From Patescibacteria group bacterium (lineage in GTDB: Bacteria > Patescibacteriota > Patescibacteriia > 2-12-FULL-57-11): DNA of 64,000 nt. The position numbers and the translations under genes are program-made. Shown in pieces: positions 20,784 to 29,936 of this stretch; positions within the stretch are counted from its first letter, which is position 1, and every line of letters begins with the position of its first letter. Location of the stretch: the NCBI GenBank assembly GCA_038054875.1, contig JBBUJK010000029.1, positions 7,442-71,441 of the forward strand, in the 5' to 3' direction. The notes under the pieces were generated by a model. The model searched no databases and was not told where the DNA came from. It saw only the letters and a program-made list of their open reading frames with translations.

Positions 20784-22844
20784 ATGAAAGCACTTGTCGA
20801 TCGTCTCGCGAACCAGAACCTCAAGTCCGCAGCCCTGCCCGTGTCGGTCACGCCTCCCAAGGCGGAGCCGGTGAAGGTGCAGGCGGCGGTCGCCCTCACC
20901 ACGAAGTCGGCCAAGGCGCCGCGCCAGCCGCTCGAGCGAGCGGAGCGTATCGCCCACACACTGATCACCGCGCTCTTCGGAGCCAGCATGGCCAAGGCCG
21001 TTCGTTCGAAGGAGCTCAAGGCCGAGCGCGAGGATCCGCTCCGTGAGGAGCGGGCCCTGCTGCGCACGGCCCACATCCACGACGAGACCAACCAGGAAAT
21101 GATCATCGCGATGGCGAAGGTCTTCCGAGTCGAGCTCAAGTGGATGGTCGATGAGCACGCGGGGTTCAAGCGCCCCGTGCGCCCGGTGACGGTCATCCAC
21201 CCGCACACCAACATCGATGCGGAAGCCGCGTGCATGACGTGGCTGCTCGTGCGCAAGCCCGAGCTGCGCAGCCGCTTCAACATCGCGCCGGACGTTCACG
21301 TCGAGTGCGTGAAGTCCGGCGAGCTGACCGAGGAGGCGGCAACGCCGTCGCTCGAGGACATGCCGAAGGCGTTCCTGACGTCGAAGCACCTCGAGGAGTA
21401 CGGCCACCTCTTCGTCGATTGCGGCGGTGGAGGCGGTCGGCTCGACCAGCACGGGCGCGTGGAGAACAAGGGACGCAACACCGTCTCCTCCCTGCACCTG
21501 CTGATCACCGGCGCGCTCGACCACATCCCGTCCCTCGTCCACCTGGTCCCGCTCTTCGAGCAGGTCATCGACAACGACCTGACCGGAGAGCGGATCGCGC
21601 AGGGCTACAACCTGCGCGAGTTCCTGAACGGCCTCATTGAGCTCGGCCTGAGTTCTGAGGAAATTCTCGATTACCTCTTCGTCGCGTTCGACGCGGCAGA
21701 GGCCTTCCTGCTCGCCAAGCAGGAGGAGATCGAGGAGGACGATGCCACGGCGATCGACCGCTTCCGCGAGGTGCGCAAGCAGGTCCTCTCGATGGAGACC
21801 ATCCTCGGGAACCTGCGCGTGCCGACCGACGCCGACCTCCAGCAGGAGGCCGACGCCGAGGTGCGCTACCTCCTCAAGGAGGCCGAGCGCAGCGGCATGC
21901 CGATGCCGGCCGACGAGCGCGAGCAGTTGCTCGCCGTCAGCCTGCAGAACGGCCGCGAGCGCGCGCAGCACATCGGCGTCTTCCACGATCGCTTCCGGGC
22001 GGTCGAGCAGGAGGCCAAGGCGGCGCGCCAGGCGGCCTGGGAACAGGCCAACACCGACTGGGGGCAGGCGGAGGTCCGGCTGCTGAACGGCGGCAATGCC
22101 TTCGTCTTCTCGAAGCAGGAGATGAGCATCCCCGGGCGGCCGTTCCACGGCTACGAGGGGCGCGTCGGCCTCGTCATCGGCGAGAGCGGCACCGCGAGCT
22201 TCGGCCCGTGCTGCCGCTACCGCTACGGCAAGGAGACGCGCAACAAGCTGGCTCGCGAGCACCTGATGGGGCGGACGGTGTCGTTCGACACCGCACGCAA
22301 GGCGGCGCATCTGTACGCGCCCGCGCTCATCTCGGTCCAGCTGCGCGACGTGACGCGCGGCGCGGATGGCAAGGTCGTGAGCTATCGCTTCACGATCGCG
22401 GGTTCCGGCATCGACCTCACCCAGGTCGCCGTTGCGATCCGCGACAGCCACGCCCACTGGCTCGCCAAGGAGCAGGGCGCCACGCAGATCAACAACGTCG
22501 GCGTCCAGGCGCGCTCCATGACCGCGCGGCTCAAGGGCAGCGCGGACACGGTCGCCGTCGACTATCTCCCGGAGTTCCGTACTGTGTACGGAAACTGGTT
22601 CAAGACGAACCAGGAGATGCCACTGTGGACCATGCCGGTCCGCATCCTCCTCGAGGCAATCGAGGTCGGCATGGAGGCCAGCGCCGAGGTGACGGAGCGT
22701 CGCCTGCGCGAGCGGCACTTGCACCCGAAGCGCCTCATCGCACCGGTCTACGAGCGGATCGATGAACTCAAGAGCGCCACGCGCGCCCCGAAGCAGGGAT
22801 CGTCTTCCCCGGCTCCGGAGACCAAGCACGAAGACAACGACTGA
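20784..22844 (+). CDS. hypothetical 686-aa protein (possible degenerate DHH-like phosphoesterase motifs near the N-terminus)
   Basis: Long ORF with a good start context. VIHPHTNIDAEAA, FVDCGGGGGRLDQHG and similar segments loosely resemble DHH motifs I-III. GC about 67%. Flanked by direct repeats. Confidence 0.5.
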   Translation: MKALVDRLANQNLKSAALPVSVTPPKAEPVKVQAAVALTTKSAKAPRQPLERAERIAHTLITALFGASMAKAVRSKELKAEREDPLREERALLRTAHIHDETNQEMIIAMAKVFRVELKWMVDEHAGFKRPVRPVTVIHPHTNIDAEAACMTWLLVRKPELRSRFNIAPDVHVECVKSGELTEEAATPSLEDMPKAFLTSKHLEEYGHLFVDCGGGGGRLDQHGRVENKGRNTVSSLHLLITGALDHIPSLVHLVPLFEQVIDNDLTGERIAQGYNLREFLNGLIELGLSSEEILDYLFVAFDAAEAFLLAKQEEIEEDDATAIDRFREVRKQVLSMETILGNLRVPTDADLQQEADAEVRYLLKEAERSGMPMPADEREQLLAVSLQNGRERAQHIGVFHDRFRAVEQEAKAARQAAWEQANTDWGQAEVRLLNGGNAFVFSKQEMSIPGRPFHGYEGRVGLVIGESGTASFGPCCRYRYGKETRNKLAREHLMGRTVSFDTARKAAHLYAPALISVQLRDVTRGADGKVVSYRFTIAGSGIDLTQVAVAIRDSHAHWLAKEQGATQINNVGVQARSMTARLKGSADTVAVDYLPEFRTVYGNWFKTNQEMPLWTMPVRILLEAIEVGMEASAEVTERRLRERHLHPKRLIAPVYERIDELKSATRAPKQGSSSPAPETKHEDND

Positions 22845-23057
22845 TCGCCGGTTCGCCGGAGGTCGCGTCGGACCCGCCTGTGAGCGTCGCACTTGTGCGA
22901 TGCTCCGGGCGGTTCTTTTTTATCCTGAGCGAGCGGTAGCGAGTCGAAGGATTGGCCCTTCGACTACCGCTTAGGGCAAGATCGAAGGATTACGCCGTCG
23001 CGTACCAGACCCAGACGCCGGCCATGACAAACAGGGCGAAGACGACCCAGGCGATGT

Positions 23058-23738
23058 TTATTTCCATAGGAATGTTTTCCAGGTTTCCGGTGTTAGACGT
23101 TCAATCGGCATGGCATCGCTCACTGACCTGTTTCCACTTTTTGTTCGACGCAGAGCCGTGAGATAGCCGCCGGTGCCGAGGCGTTCACCGACGTCGCGTG
23201 CCACGGCACGCACGTATGTGCCGGTCGAGCAGGTGAGCGTGAAGTCGACGTCCGGCCAGGCGATGCGCGTCACCTCGATTACGCGAATGGTGATTTCCGT
23301 TGGTTTGGCTTCGACCGGCGTTCCGGCGCGCGCGAGATCGTACATTTTTTTCCCGCCGATTTTTTTGGCCGAGTAGGCGGGCGGTACTTGCTGCCGTGTG
23401 CCGACTTCGGCGGCGAATGCGGTGCGAATATTCTCAGTTTTTGGTTGCCCCTCGACGCGGCTCGGGGAAATTTTTCCGGTGACGTCGTCGGTGTCGCTCA
23501 TGCCGTCAAAACGCGCGGTTGCCACATATTCTTTTTCTTGTTTTTGAAACTCGCTCAGCCGCTTCGTGGCTTCGCGCCCGATGCCGACGATGAGCAGTCC
23601 GGTGGCAAACGGGTCGAGCGTACCGGCATGGCCGATCGTTTTCACGCCGGTGATGCGCCGGAGCTTGGCCACGACGTCATGCGACGTCCAGTCAACCGGC
23701 TTGTCGATGGCGAGAAACCCCGACGGAACAGCATCCAT
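23058..23738 (-). CDS. truB: tRNA pseudouridine(55) synthase TruB
   Basis: [23 protein letters not shown]...[13 protein letters not shown]. The six-frame ORF starts at 23813, but its 5' part runs through a REP-like repeat; the start was moved to the internal ATG at 23738 ([14 protein letters not shown]). Confidence 0.8.
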   Translation of the reverse strand: MDAVPSGFLAIDKPVDWTSHDVVAKLRRITGVKTIGHAGTLDPFATGLLIVGIGREATKRLSEFQKQEKEYVATARFDGMSDTDDVTGKISPSRVEGQPKTENIRTAFAAEVGTRQQVPPAYSAKKIGGKKMYDLARAGTPVEAKPTEITIRVIEVTRIAWPDVDFTLTCSTGTYVRAVARDVGERLGTGGYLTALRRTKSGNRSVSDAMPIERLTPETWKTFLWK

Positions 23739-23767
23739 AGGTCGCGCATGATAGCACTCGTGTTGGA

Positions 23768-23843
23768 CTCCCTCCAGCTCCCTCTTCGCAAGAGGGAGAG
23801 TATGCGCGGGCAACCCCCTCTTGTGAAGAGGGGGAAGGGGGAG
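23768..23843. repeat. REP-like double-hairpin repeat, copy 1
   Basis: CTCCCTCTTCGCAAGAGGGAG ... CCCCCTCTTGTGAAGAGGGGGAAGGGGGAG. The same element occurs at 34488 and 37094. Confidence 0.7.
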
Positions 23844-23892
23844 TGCATTGCCGATTGACTACGGGCCTTTGCGCGGGTAGAGTGGCCCACGC

Positions 23893-25896
23893 ATGAACGT
23901 CACCGAACTGGCCCGCAAATTGCGCGTCACACCTGAAGACTTGCGCGGCATTTTGCCGGACGCCGGCTTCGACGTGGGGCGGCGCGCCATCAAGATCGAC
24001 GACCGCACCGCCAAGAAGGTCATGGAGTCCTGGCCGCAGATTGCGCAGCTGTTGGAAAAGAAGCGCATCGCCGCAAAGGAAGCCGCCGCCGCCGAGCTGA
24101 AAAAACTGGCCACGGAGCGCGGGCCGGTGCAGTTGCCGCCCGTCATCACGGTGCGCGATTTTGCCGCGCGCCTGGGTCTGCCGGTGACCCGCGTCATCCA
24201 GGAATTCATGAAGAACGGCATCCTTGCCCCGTTGAACGAGCGCGTCGACTACGACACGGCCTCGATCATTGCCGCGGACCTCGGCTTTGAAGTGAGTCCG
24301 CTCGCAGAAGGAGACGCGCCTGTTGAAGTGCTTTCGACCGGCGACATCATCAAGGAAGCGCTCGGCGCCGAAGCCAAGGGCACGCTCGTGGCGCGCCCGC
24401 CGGTCATCGTGGTCATGGGCCACGTTGACCACGGCAAAACAAAACTGCTCGACACCATCCGTTCGGCCGACGTTGCCGCCGGCGAAGCAGGCGGCATCAC
24501 GCAGCACATCGGCGCCTACCAGACGCAGAAGAACGGGCGCCTCATCACCTTCATCGACACGCCGGGTCACGAGGCCTTCACGGCCATGCGTTCGCGCGGC
24601 GCCAAAATCGCCGACATCGCGATTCTCGTCGTCGCCGCCGACGACGGCGTGCAGCCGCAGACCAAGGAAGCCATCAAGATCATCGAGGCGGCTCACCTGC
24701 CGTTTGTTGTCGCCATCAACAAGGTCGACAAACCGGACGCCGATCCGGAGCGCGTGAAGCGCGAGCTCTCTGAATTGAACGTCCTGCCCGAAGAGTGGGG
24801 CGGCAAAATTCCGATGCAGCCGATTTCCGCGAAGACGGGTTTGAACATCGACAAACTTTTGGAACTTATTTTGCTCGTCGCCGACGTCAAAGCCGATGAG
24901 ATCATGGCCAACCCGAATCGTCACGCGCAGGGCACGGTCATTGAATCGCACGTGTCGCCCGGCGAAGGCGTCGTCGCCACGCTCCTCGTCCAGAACGGCA
25001 CGTTGAAGCGCAACGAAGAGTTGGCCATCGGGAGCAACTCGTACGGTCGGGTGCGCGCCATGAAGAACTACCGCAACGAGAATGTGGACACCGCGACGCC
25101 TGGGACGCCGGTCCGCATTTTGGGTTTCCGCGTAGCGCCGCAGGTCGGCGACGTCGTAGAAGTGCCGGCAGCGGGGATGAAGCTGGAGCGGGTGCGCGAG
25201 CTGCGCGCCACCGGCGAGAAGATCGCCACGGTCGAAAAGACCTCTGCGGAAGATGTGGAAGAGAAGAAGTTCATGCCGCTCATCATCAAGGCCGACGTGC
25301 TCGGTTCGCTCGAAGCCATTCTCGTGTCCTTCGAAAAGTTTTCGCACCCGGAAGTGGGTTTGAACGTCGTCTCGAAGGGCCTCGGCAACATCACGGAAGC
25401 GGACGTGCTGCGCGCGGAAGCAACGGGCGCCCATGTCATCGGCTTCAACGTCCTCGTGCCGCCGCCGGTGGCTGAGTTGGCCCGCGAGAAGAACGTTTCC
25501 GTGAAGACCTACAAGATCATTTACGACCTGTTCGACGACCTGACCGCTCAGCTCGAAGGCATGCTCACTCTGGAAGTCGTGCGCACCGACTTCGGCCGTC
25601 TCCTGATCCTGAAAATTTTCCGCACGGAGCGCGACGAACAGATCGTCGGCGGCCGCGTCGAAGACGGACGCATCGTGAAGGGACTCTCTTTTGAAGCACG
25701 CCGCGGCGGCGAGGCGTTTGCGAAGGGCGAGGTCAAGACGGTGCAAAGCGGCAAACAGGAAGTGCCGGAACTGCGCATGGGTTCTGAAGGCGGCATGAAA
25801 GTGAAAACGTCCGCGCCCCTCGCAGAAGGGGACTCGATGCTCTTCTATAAGGAGGAAAAGAAGACGCGTAAAATCGTCTTCGATAAACCGAAATAG
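23893..25896 (+). CDS. infB: translation initiation factor IF-2
   Basis: 667 aa. G-domain [32 protein letters not shown], plus C-terminal beta-barrel domains. Confidence 0.9.
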   Translation: MNVTELARKLRVTPEDLRGILPDAGFDVGRRAIKIDDRTAKKVMESWPQIAQLLEKKRIAAKEAAAAELKKLATERGPVQLPPVITVRDFAARLGLPVTRVIQEFMKNGILAPLNERVDYDTASIIAADLGFEVSPLAEGDAPVEVLSTGDIIKEALGAEAKGTLVARPPVIVVMGHVDHGKTKLLDTIRSADVAAGEAGGITQHIGAYQTQKNGRLITFIDTPGHEAFTAMRSRGAKIADIAILVVAADDGVQPQTKEAIKIIEAAHLPFVVAINKVDKPDADPERVKRELSELNVLPEEWGGKIPMQPISAKTGLNIDKLLELILLVADVKADEIMANPNRHAQGTVIESHVSPGEGVVATLLVQNGTLKRNEELAIGSNSYGRVRAMKNYRNENVDTATPGTPVRILGFRVAPQVGDVVEVPAAGMKLERVRELRATGEKIATVEKTSAEDVEEKKFMPLIIKADVLGSLEAILVSFEKFSHPEVGLNVVSKGLGNITEADVLRAEATGAHVIGFNVLVPPPVAELAREKNVSVKTYKIIYDLFDDLTAQLEGMLTLEVVRTDFGRLLILKIFRTERDEQIVGGRVEDGRIVKGLSFEARRGGEAFAKGEVKTVQSGKQEVPELRMGSEGGMKVKTSAPLAEGDSMLFYKEEKKTRKIVFDKPK

Positions 25897-25900
25897 ACGT

Positions 25901-26221
25901 ATGTCCGAAGTGATTCTCACGGACGCGACGTTCGAGAAGGAAGTGCTGCAGGCGTCGGAACCCGTGCTCGTGGATTTTTGGGCGCCGTGGTGCGGCCCGT
26001 GCCGCATCATTGGTCCGATCGTTGAGAAATTGGCCGGGGAGTTCGCGGGTAAGGTAAAGATCGGCAAACTGAATGTCGACGAGAATCCGGCTTCCGCGCA
26101 AACATACGGCGTGATGTCGATTCCCACACTCATCATCTATAAGGGCGGTCAGGTGGCCGAGCAGTTGGTCGGCGTGCAACAGGAATCCGCGCTGCGCGAG
26201 AAATTGAAATCATTGATGTAG
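25901..26221 (+). CDS. trxA: thioredoxin
   Basis: WAPWCGPC active site. 106 aa. Confidence 0.9.
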   Translation: MSEVILTDATFEKEVLQASEPVLVDFWAPWCGPCRIIGPIVEKLAGEFAGKVKIGKLNVDENPASAQTYGVMSIPTLIIYKGGQVAEQLVGVQQESALREKLKSLM

Positions 26222-26225
26222 AAGC

Positions 26226-27158
26226 ATGTCCGTCCTGAACGTCATCATCATCGGTTCCGGTCCGGCCGGATATACCGCAGCAATCTACGCCGCGCGCGCC
26301 AACTTGGCGCCGTTGCTGTTTTCGGGGCTTGAGGCCGGCGGCCAGCTGACGACGACGACTTACGTTGAAAATTTTCCGGGATTCCCGAACGGCATCCAGG
26401 GCCCCGAACTCGTCCTCGCCATGCGCACCCAGGCCGAACGCTTCGGGACGCGCATTGTGGACGAGGCGGTCACGGCCGTCGATTTTTCCTCGCGTCCGTT
26501 TCGTATCACCGCGCCCTCCGGAAATTTTGAAGCGAAAACGGTCATCATCGCGACCGGCGCCTCGGCCAGGCGTCTCGGACTCGAAAGTGAAAAGGCACTC
26601 TATGGCAAAGGCGTCTCGGCCTGCGCCACCTGCGACGGCTTCTTCTTCAAAGGGAAGGACGTCATCGTCGTGGGCGGCGGCGATGCGGCCATGGAGGAAG
26701 CGAACTTTTTGACGCGGTTCGCGACGAAGGTCACGGTCGCCGTGCGCAAGGATACCTTGCGTGCCTCAAAGATCATGCAGGATCGCGCCAGGAAGAACGC
26801 GAAGATCGAATTCCTCTGGAACACGGAGGTCGCGGAGATCCTGGGCGTCGACGTCGGTCATGTCACCGGCGTGAAGCTCAAGGACACCGTTACCGGAGCA
26901 TTCTCCGAGATGAACATCGGCGGCGTGTTCGCCGCGATCGGCCACGAGCCGACCACGAAGCTGTTCACCGGCCAGCTCGAGCTCGACGCCAAGGGTTACG
27001 TGGTCACGAAGAACGGGACGAGCGCCACGTCGATCCCGGGCGTGTTCGCGGGCGGCGACGTCGCCGACTTCCGTTACCGCCAGGCCGTGACCGCTGCAGG
27101 CACCGGTTGCATGGCCGCGATCGATGCAGAGAAGTTTTTGGAGAGCGGGACGCACTGA
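26226..27158 (+). CDS. trxB: thioredoxin-disulfide reductase
   Basis: IIGSGPAGYTAA FAD site, CATCDG redox motif, VVGGGDAAMEEA NADPH site. Confidence 0.9.
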   Translation: MSVLNVIIIGSGPAGYTAAIYAARANLAPLLFSGLEAGGQLTTTTYVENFPGFPNGIQGPELVLAMRTQAERFGTRIVDEAVTAVDFSSRPFRITAPSGNFEAKTVIIATGASARRLGLESEKALYGKGVSACATCDGFFFKGKDVIVVGGGDAAMEEANFLTRFATKVTVAVRKDTLRASKIMQDRARKNAKIEFLWNTEVAEILGVDVGHVTGVKLKDTVTGAFSEMNIGGVFAAIGHEPTTKLFTGQLELDAKGYVVTKNGTSATSIPGVFAGGDVADFRYRQAVTAAGTGCMAAIDAEKFLESGTH

Positions 27159-27164
27159 TTAGTC

Positions 27165-27193
27165 TTGACAAAACCGTTCTTTTCTGCTATATT
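27165..27193 (+). promoter_or_regulatory. consensus promoter TTGACA-N17-TATATT (same family as 20527 and 37195)
   Basis: TTGACAaaaccgttcttttctgcTATATT. Confidence 0.55.
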
Positions 27194-27195
27194 AG

Positions 27196-27345
27196 GCCGT
27201 TGTTCTTTATCATGGTGGTATGTTGAAAGCGGCGTTTTGGGGCTTTTTTGAAGGCCCGAGAATGCCGTTTTTAACAGGTTGGTCCGAACTCGCGCTGGTG
27301 CGCGGGAGAGGGCTTGTCTGGCGGCGGTCGGAAGGTAGGTCAGCA
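27196..27345 (+). ncRNA. conserved 5' leader shared with the 37225-37351 leader (candidate cis-regulatory RNA)
   Basis: Blocks GGCCGTTGT / GCGGCGTTTT-GGGCTTTT-GGAAGGCC / GCCG(C)TTTT-ACAGGT are conserved between the two leaders. Both end in a GC hairpin plus SD. Confidence 0.35.
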
Positions 27346-27993
27346 ATGGCTCATCTCATCGCGGAAGTCTCACTCGGTCAGGTCTCGGAGCTCATCGCCC
27401 GCCTCGGGCGCGCGGGAATGGATCCCGCGCTCCTCAAGAAGGCGCTCGGTGACGACGAGTTGGTCGAGCGGATGGTCACTGCGGCCCGCACGGAGTCGCA
27501 GGACACCCCCACCCCGACGTCCTTCCCCATCTGGAAGACCATCCAGATCGGCGGGAAGACGAAGGACCAGCTCATCGCCGAGATCGAGGCGAAGGGCATG
27601 AAGATCGGCGACTACGCGCAGAGCATGCTGGCGAAGGAGGCGTTCACGACGCTTCCTAAGCCGTGCGAGCTCACCCTCGTCCGTCCCACGGTCGCGGAGC
27701 TCGGCTTCAAGAAGGGCGCGGTCACGAAGAACATCTGGAAGCGCGCCCAGGACCTGGGCCTCTCGCTCTGCCCAGCCGAAGTCGGTCCGCACCTGCGGCT
27801 CGTCGACGCCGACCAGGCGAGCGGCGACTACTACTGGATCGGCATGGAGCCGATCACTGGCGCCGGCGTCTACCCGGACGTGTTCATGGTCGGGCGCGGC
27901 GACTGCGGGCGCTGGCTGTTCAGCAGCGGTGCCTGGCCGGGCGATCACTGGTTTCCCGAGTTTCGGCTGGTGTTCGTCGCTCCGGGCAAGTAG
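27346..27993 (+). CDS. DGR target (variable) protein; C-terminal variable region ends ...EFRLVFVAPGK
   Basis: The 3' 135 nt (VR) matches the downstream TR, differing only where TR has adenine. The C-terminal FRLV motif is typical of C-type-lectin-fold DGR targets. The N-terminal 45 aa are paralogous to the gene at 37352. Confidence 0.7.
   Translation: MAHLIAEVSLGQVSELIARLGRAGMDPALLKKALGDDELVERMVTAARTESQDTPTPTSFPIWKTIQIGGKTKDQLIAEIEAKGMKIGDYAQSMLAKEAFTTLPKPCELTLVRPTVAELGFKKGAVTKNIWKRAQDLGLSLCPAEVGPHLRLVDADQASGDYYWIGMEPITGAGVYPDVFMVGRGDCGRWLFSSGAWPGDHWFPEFRLVFVAPGK
27857..27990 (+). repeat. DGR variable region (VR)
   Basis: About 134 bp aligned to TR 28350-28483. About 21 mismatches, nearly all at TR adenines (A to G/T). 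Confidence 0.8.
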
Positions 27994-27997
27994 TGGT

Positions 27998-28048
27998 CCT
28001 TGGCACGTGGTCCCTTGGTCGATGAGACCTTGGAACCCTTGCCCTTGG
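27998..28048 (+). repeat. array of five CCTTGG direct repeats immediately 3' of VR
   Basis: CCTTGG at 27998, 28013, 28028, 28043 (plus CCCTTG at 28036), spaced 15 nt. This is the position where DGR IMH/cis elements usually lie. Confidence 0.5.
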
Positions 28049-28349
28049 ACCGATCGGCGTCACCTCCATCACTCGTTCGCGAGTGGTGTCGAGGTGGCGC
28101 CGCACTTTTTTTATCCTGATATACTGGTGTCGGTAGTAGGCGAATACGCGGGAGATCACGGTTTCCCGCTGCCGAATCCGTTTCGCACGCGTCCAGAGTC
28201 CGTCGGATCACGGTTCGCCGGAGCGTGGCTCGTGATGAATCAAAAAATGAAGATACTTGGTGTGCGCGCCTAGGCCATTCTGATGGCGAATACGATTCAG
28301 CCCGGAGAGTACTCAATGGGCAGTGTTCCGGACGGACGCGCGCACGTCA

Positions 28350-28483
28350 CCGACGCCGACGACTACCCGAACGTGTTCAAGGTCGAGCACGACGACAACG
28401 GGCGCTGGCTGAACAGCAACGATGCCAAGCCGGACGATCACTGGAATCCCGAGAATCAGCTGGTGTTCGTCGCTCCGGGCAAC
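28350..28483 (+). repeat. DGR template region (TR)
   Basis: Adenine-rich (many AAC codons in the VR frame) homolog of VR. The listed ORF 28283..28552 is this TR, not a gene. Confidence 0.8.
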
Positions 28484-28488
28484 TCTCT

Positions 28489-28914
28489 TCATTTCTCCCC
28501 GTTTGCCCTGCGCGAAGCGCTGGGTGTCGGGGAGTTTTGTTTGACGAGCTGACCATGCCAACCGCCGAGCATCCTGCCGACCTCGTCGACGCGCTGCGAA
28601 ATGGCGATATACTTCTTGTTGTCGAGCGATTTCGTTTCCCAGAGCACGAGAAGCAAGATTTTCACCGTGTCGAGTTTCCGGACGGCGTCGCGGACCGCCG
28701 GAATCTTTTCCTGCCGTGGCGTGAAGACGGCGGCAACGATCGCCTCGATCGTCTCGATGAAGAGAAGATCAACGCGTTGACCGAGCGTATGTCTATGGAT
28801 TTTCGGAATCGTTTCGTAGTAAGCGAACCAGATCAGATACGCGCTTTTCGTTTTCTGGAGGATCGGCAACAGCGTCGGGGGGGGGGCTTGATGAATCCGT
28901 CGGATGCGCAGCAT
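28489..28914 (-). CDS. avd: DGR accessory variability determinant (Avd)
   Basis: The minus-strand ORF ends ...AISQRVDEVGRMLGGWHGQLVKQN, a helical Avd-type signature. The N-terminal roughly 20 aa may not be translated. Confidence 0.55.
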   Translation of the reverse strand: MLRIRRIHQAPPPTLLPILQKTKSAYLIWFAYYETIPKIHRHTLGQRVDLLFIETIEAIVAAVFTPRQEKIPAVRDAVRKLDTVKILLLVLWETKSLDNKKYIAISQRVDEVGRMLGGWHGQLVKQNSPTPSASRRANGEK

Positions 28915-29896
28915 ATTCCGTCATACCTACGAAGAGATTACTTCTGTCGAGAACCTGCTTGAAGCATGGCTGGAGTTCGTGTGCGGCAAGCGAGGACGGG
29001 CCGACGTCCAGGCGTATGAGCTGGACCTGATGGGCAACCTGTTCGCGCTTCATGAACGGCTTGCCGCGATCACCTACACGCACGGACCATACGAGGCGTT
29101 CACCGTCTCGGATCCGAAAACAAGGAACATCCACAAAGCCACCGTCACGGACCGCGTCCTCCACCGGGCAGTGTACCGGAAGCTGTACCCCTTCTTCGAC
29201 CGCACGTTCATCGCCGACTCCTTCTCCTGCCGGAACGGCAAAGGGACGCACAAGGCGCTCGACCGCTTCCGCACCTTCGCCCGTCGCGTTTCCAGAAATC
29301 ATACGCGGACCGTCTGGGTGCTGAAATGCGACATCCGCAAGTTCTTCGCTTCCATTGATCACGTCGTACTGCTCAGGCTGCTCGACGAACGCATTGAAGA
29401 CAAACGCATCACGTGGTTGCTCGGGCGAATCGTCGGTAGCTTCTCATCGACGCGTTCCGGAGTCGGCCTGCCGCTCGGCAATCTCACCTCGCAACTGTTC
29501 GCCAACATCTACATGAATTCGCTCGACCAATTCGCCAAACATTTTCTCAAAGCAACGCAGTACATCCGCTACGCCGATGACTTTGTCATCCTCTCGCATG
29601 ACCGACCGTATCTTCTCGCGGTGCTCAACCTGACCCGACAGTTCCTTCGCGAACGCCTGCATCTCGAACTTCATCCCCAGAAGGTCACGATCACCACTGT
29701 CGCATCCGGCGTGGATTTTCTGGGATGGGTGCACTTCCCGGATCATCGCGTGCTGCGGAACGCGACAAAGAAACGGCTGATGAGAGCAATCTCTCAACAC
29801 GCAGATCGTGCGACGCATGCCTCCTATCTGGGATTGCTTCGCCACGGAAACGCGCATACTCTTCATCAATGCATCACACGCGCGATTGGGAATTGA
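28904..29896 (+). CDS. DGR reverse transcriptase
   Basis: Has the RT YADD box (YIRYADDFVIL) and the DGR-type [I/L]GxxxSQ motif (LPLGNLTSQ) in place of the retroviral QGxxxSP; the N-terminal segment ITSVENLLEAW is also present. 330 aa. GC lower than the flanks. Confidence 0.9.
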   Translation: MRSIFRHTYEEITSVENLLEAWLEFVCGKRGRADVQAYELDLMGNLFALHERLAAITYTHGPYEAFTVSDPKTRNIHKATVTDRVLHRAVYRKLYPFFDRTFIADSFSCRNGKGTHKALDRFRTFARRVSRNHTRTVWVLKCDIRKFFASIDHVVLLRLLDERIEDKRITWLLGRIVGSFSSTRSGVGLPLGNLTSQLFANIYMNSLDQFAKHFLKATQYIRYADDFVILSHDRPYLLAVLNLTRQFLRERLHLELHPQKVTITTVASGVDFLGWVHFPDHRVLRNATKKRLMRAISQHADRATHASYLGLLRHGNAHTLHQCITRAIGN

Positions 29897-29936
29897 CTTT
29901 TTCACTTCGCGTGCTAACGTCGCCGCGGAGGACAAC

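Noticed and set aside
28283-28552. ORF 28283..28552 (89 aa) resembling the C-terminus of the upstream gene
   Set aside because: This is the DGR template region (TR), a non-coding adenine-rich copy of VR. It has no RBS and the similarity is at nucleotide level with A-specific differences.
28225-28962. 245-aa + strand ORF spanning TR and the avd region
   Set aside because: It lies in a different frame from TR, has Arg-rich low-complexity translation and no homology. The Avd signature is found only on the minus strand.
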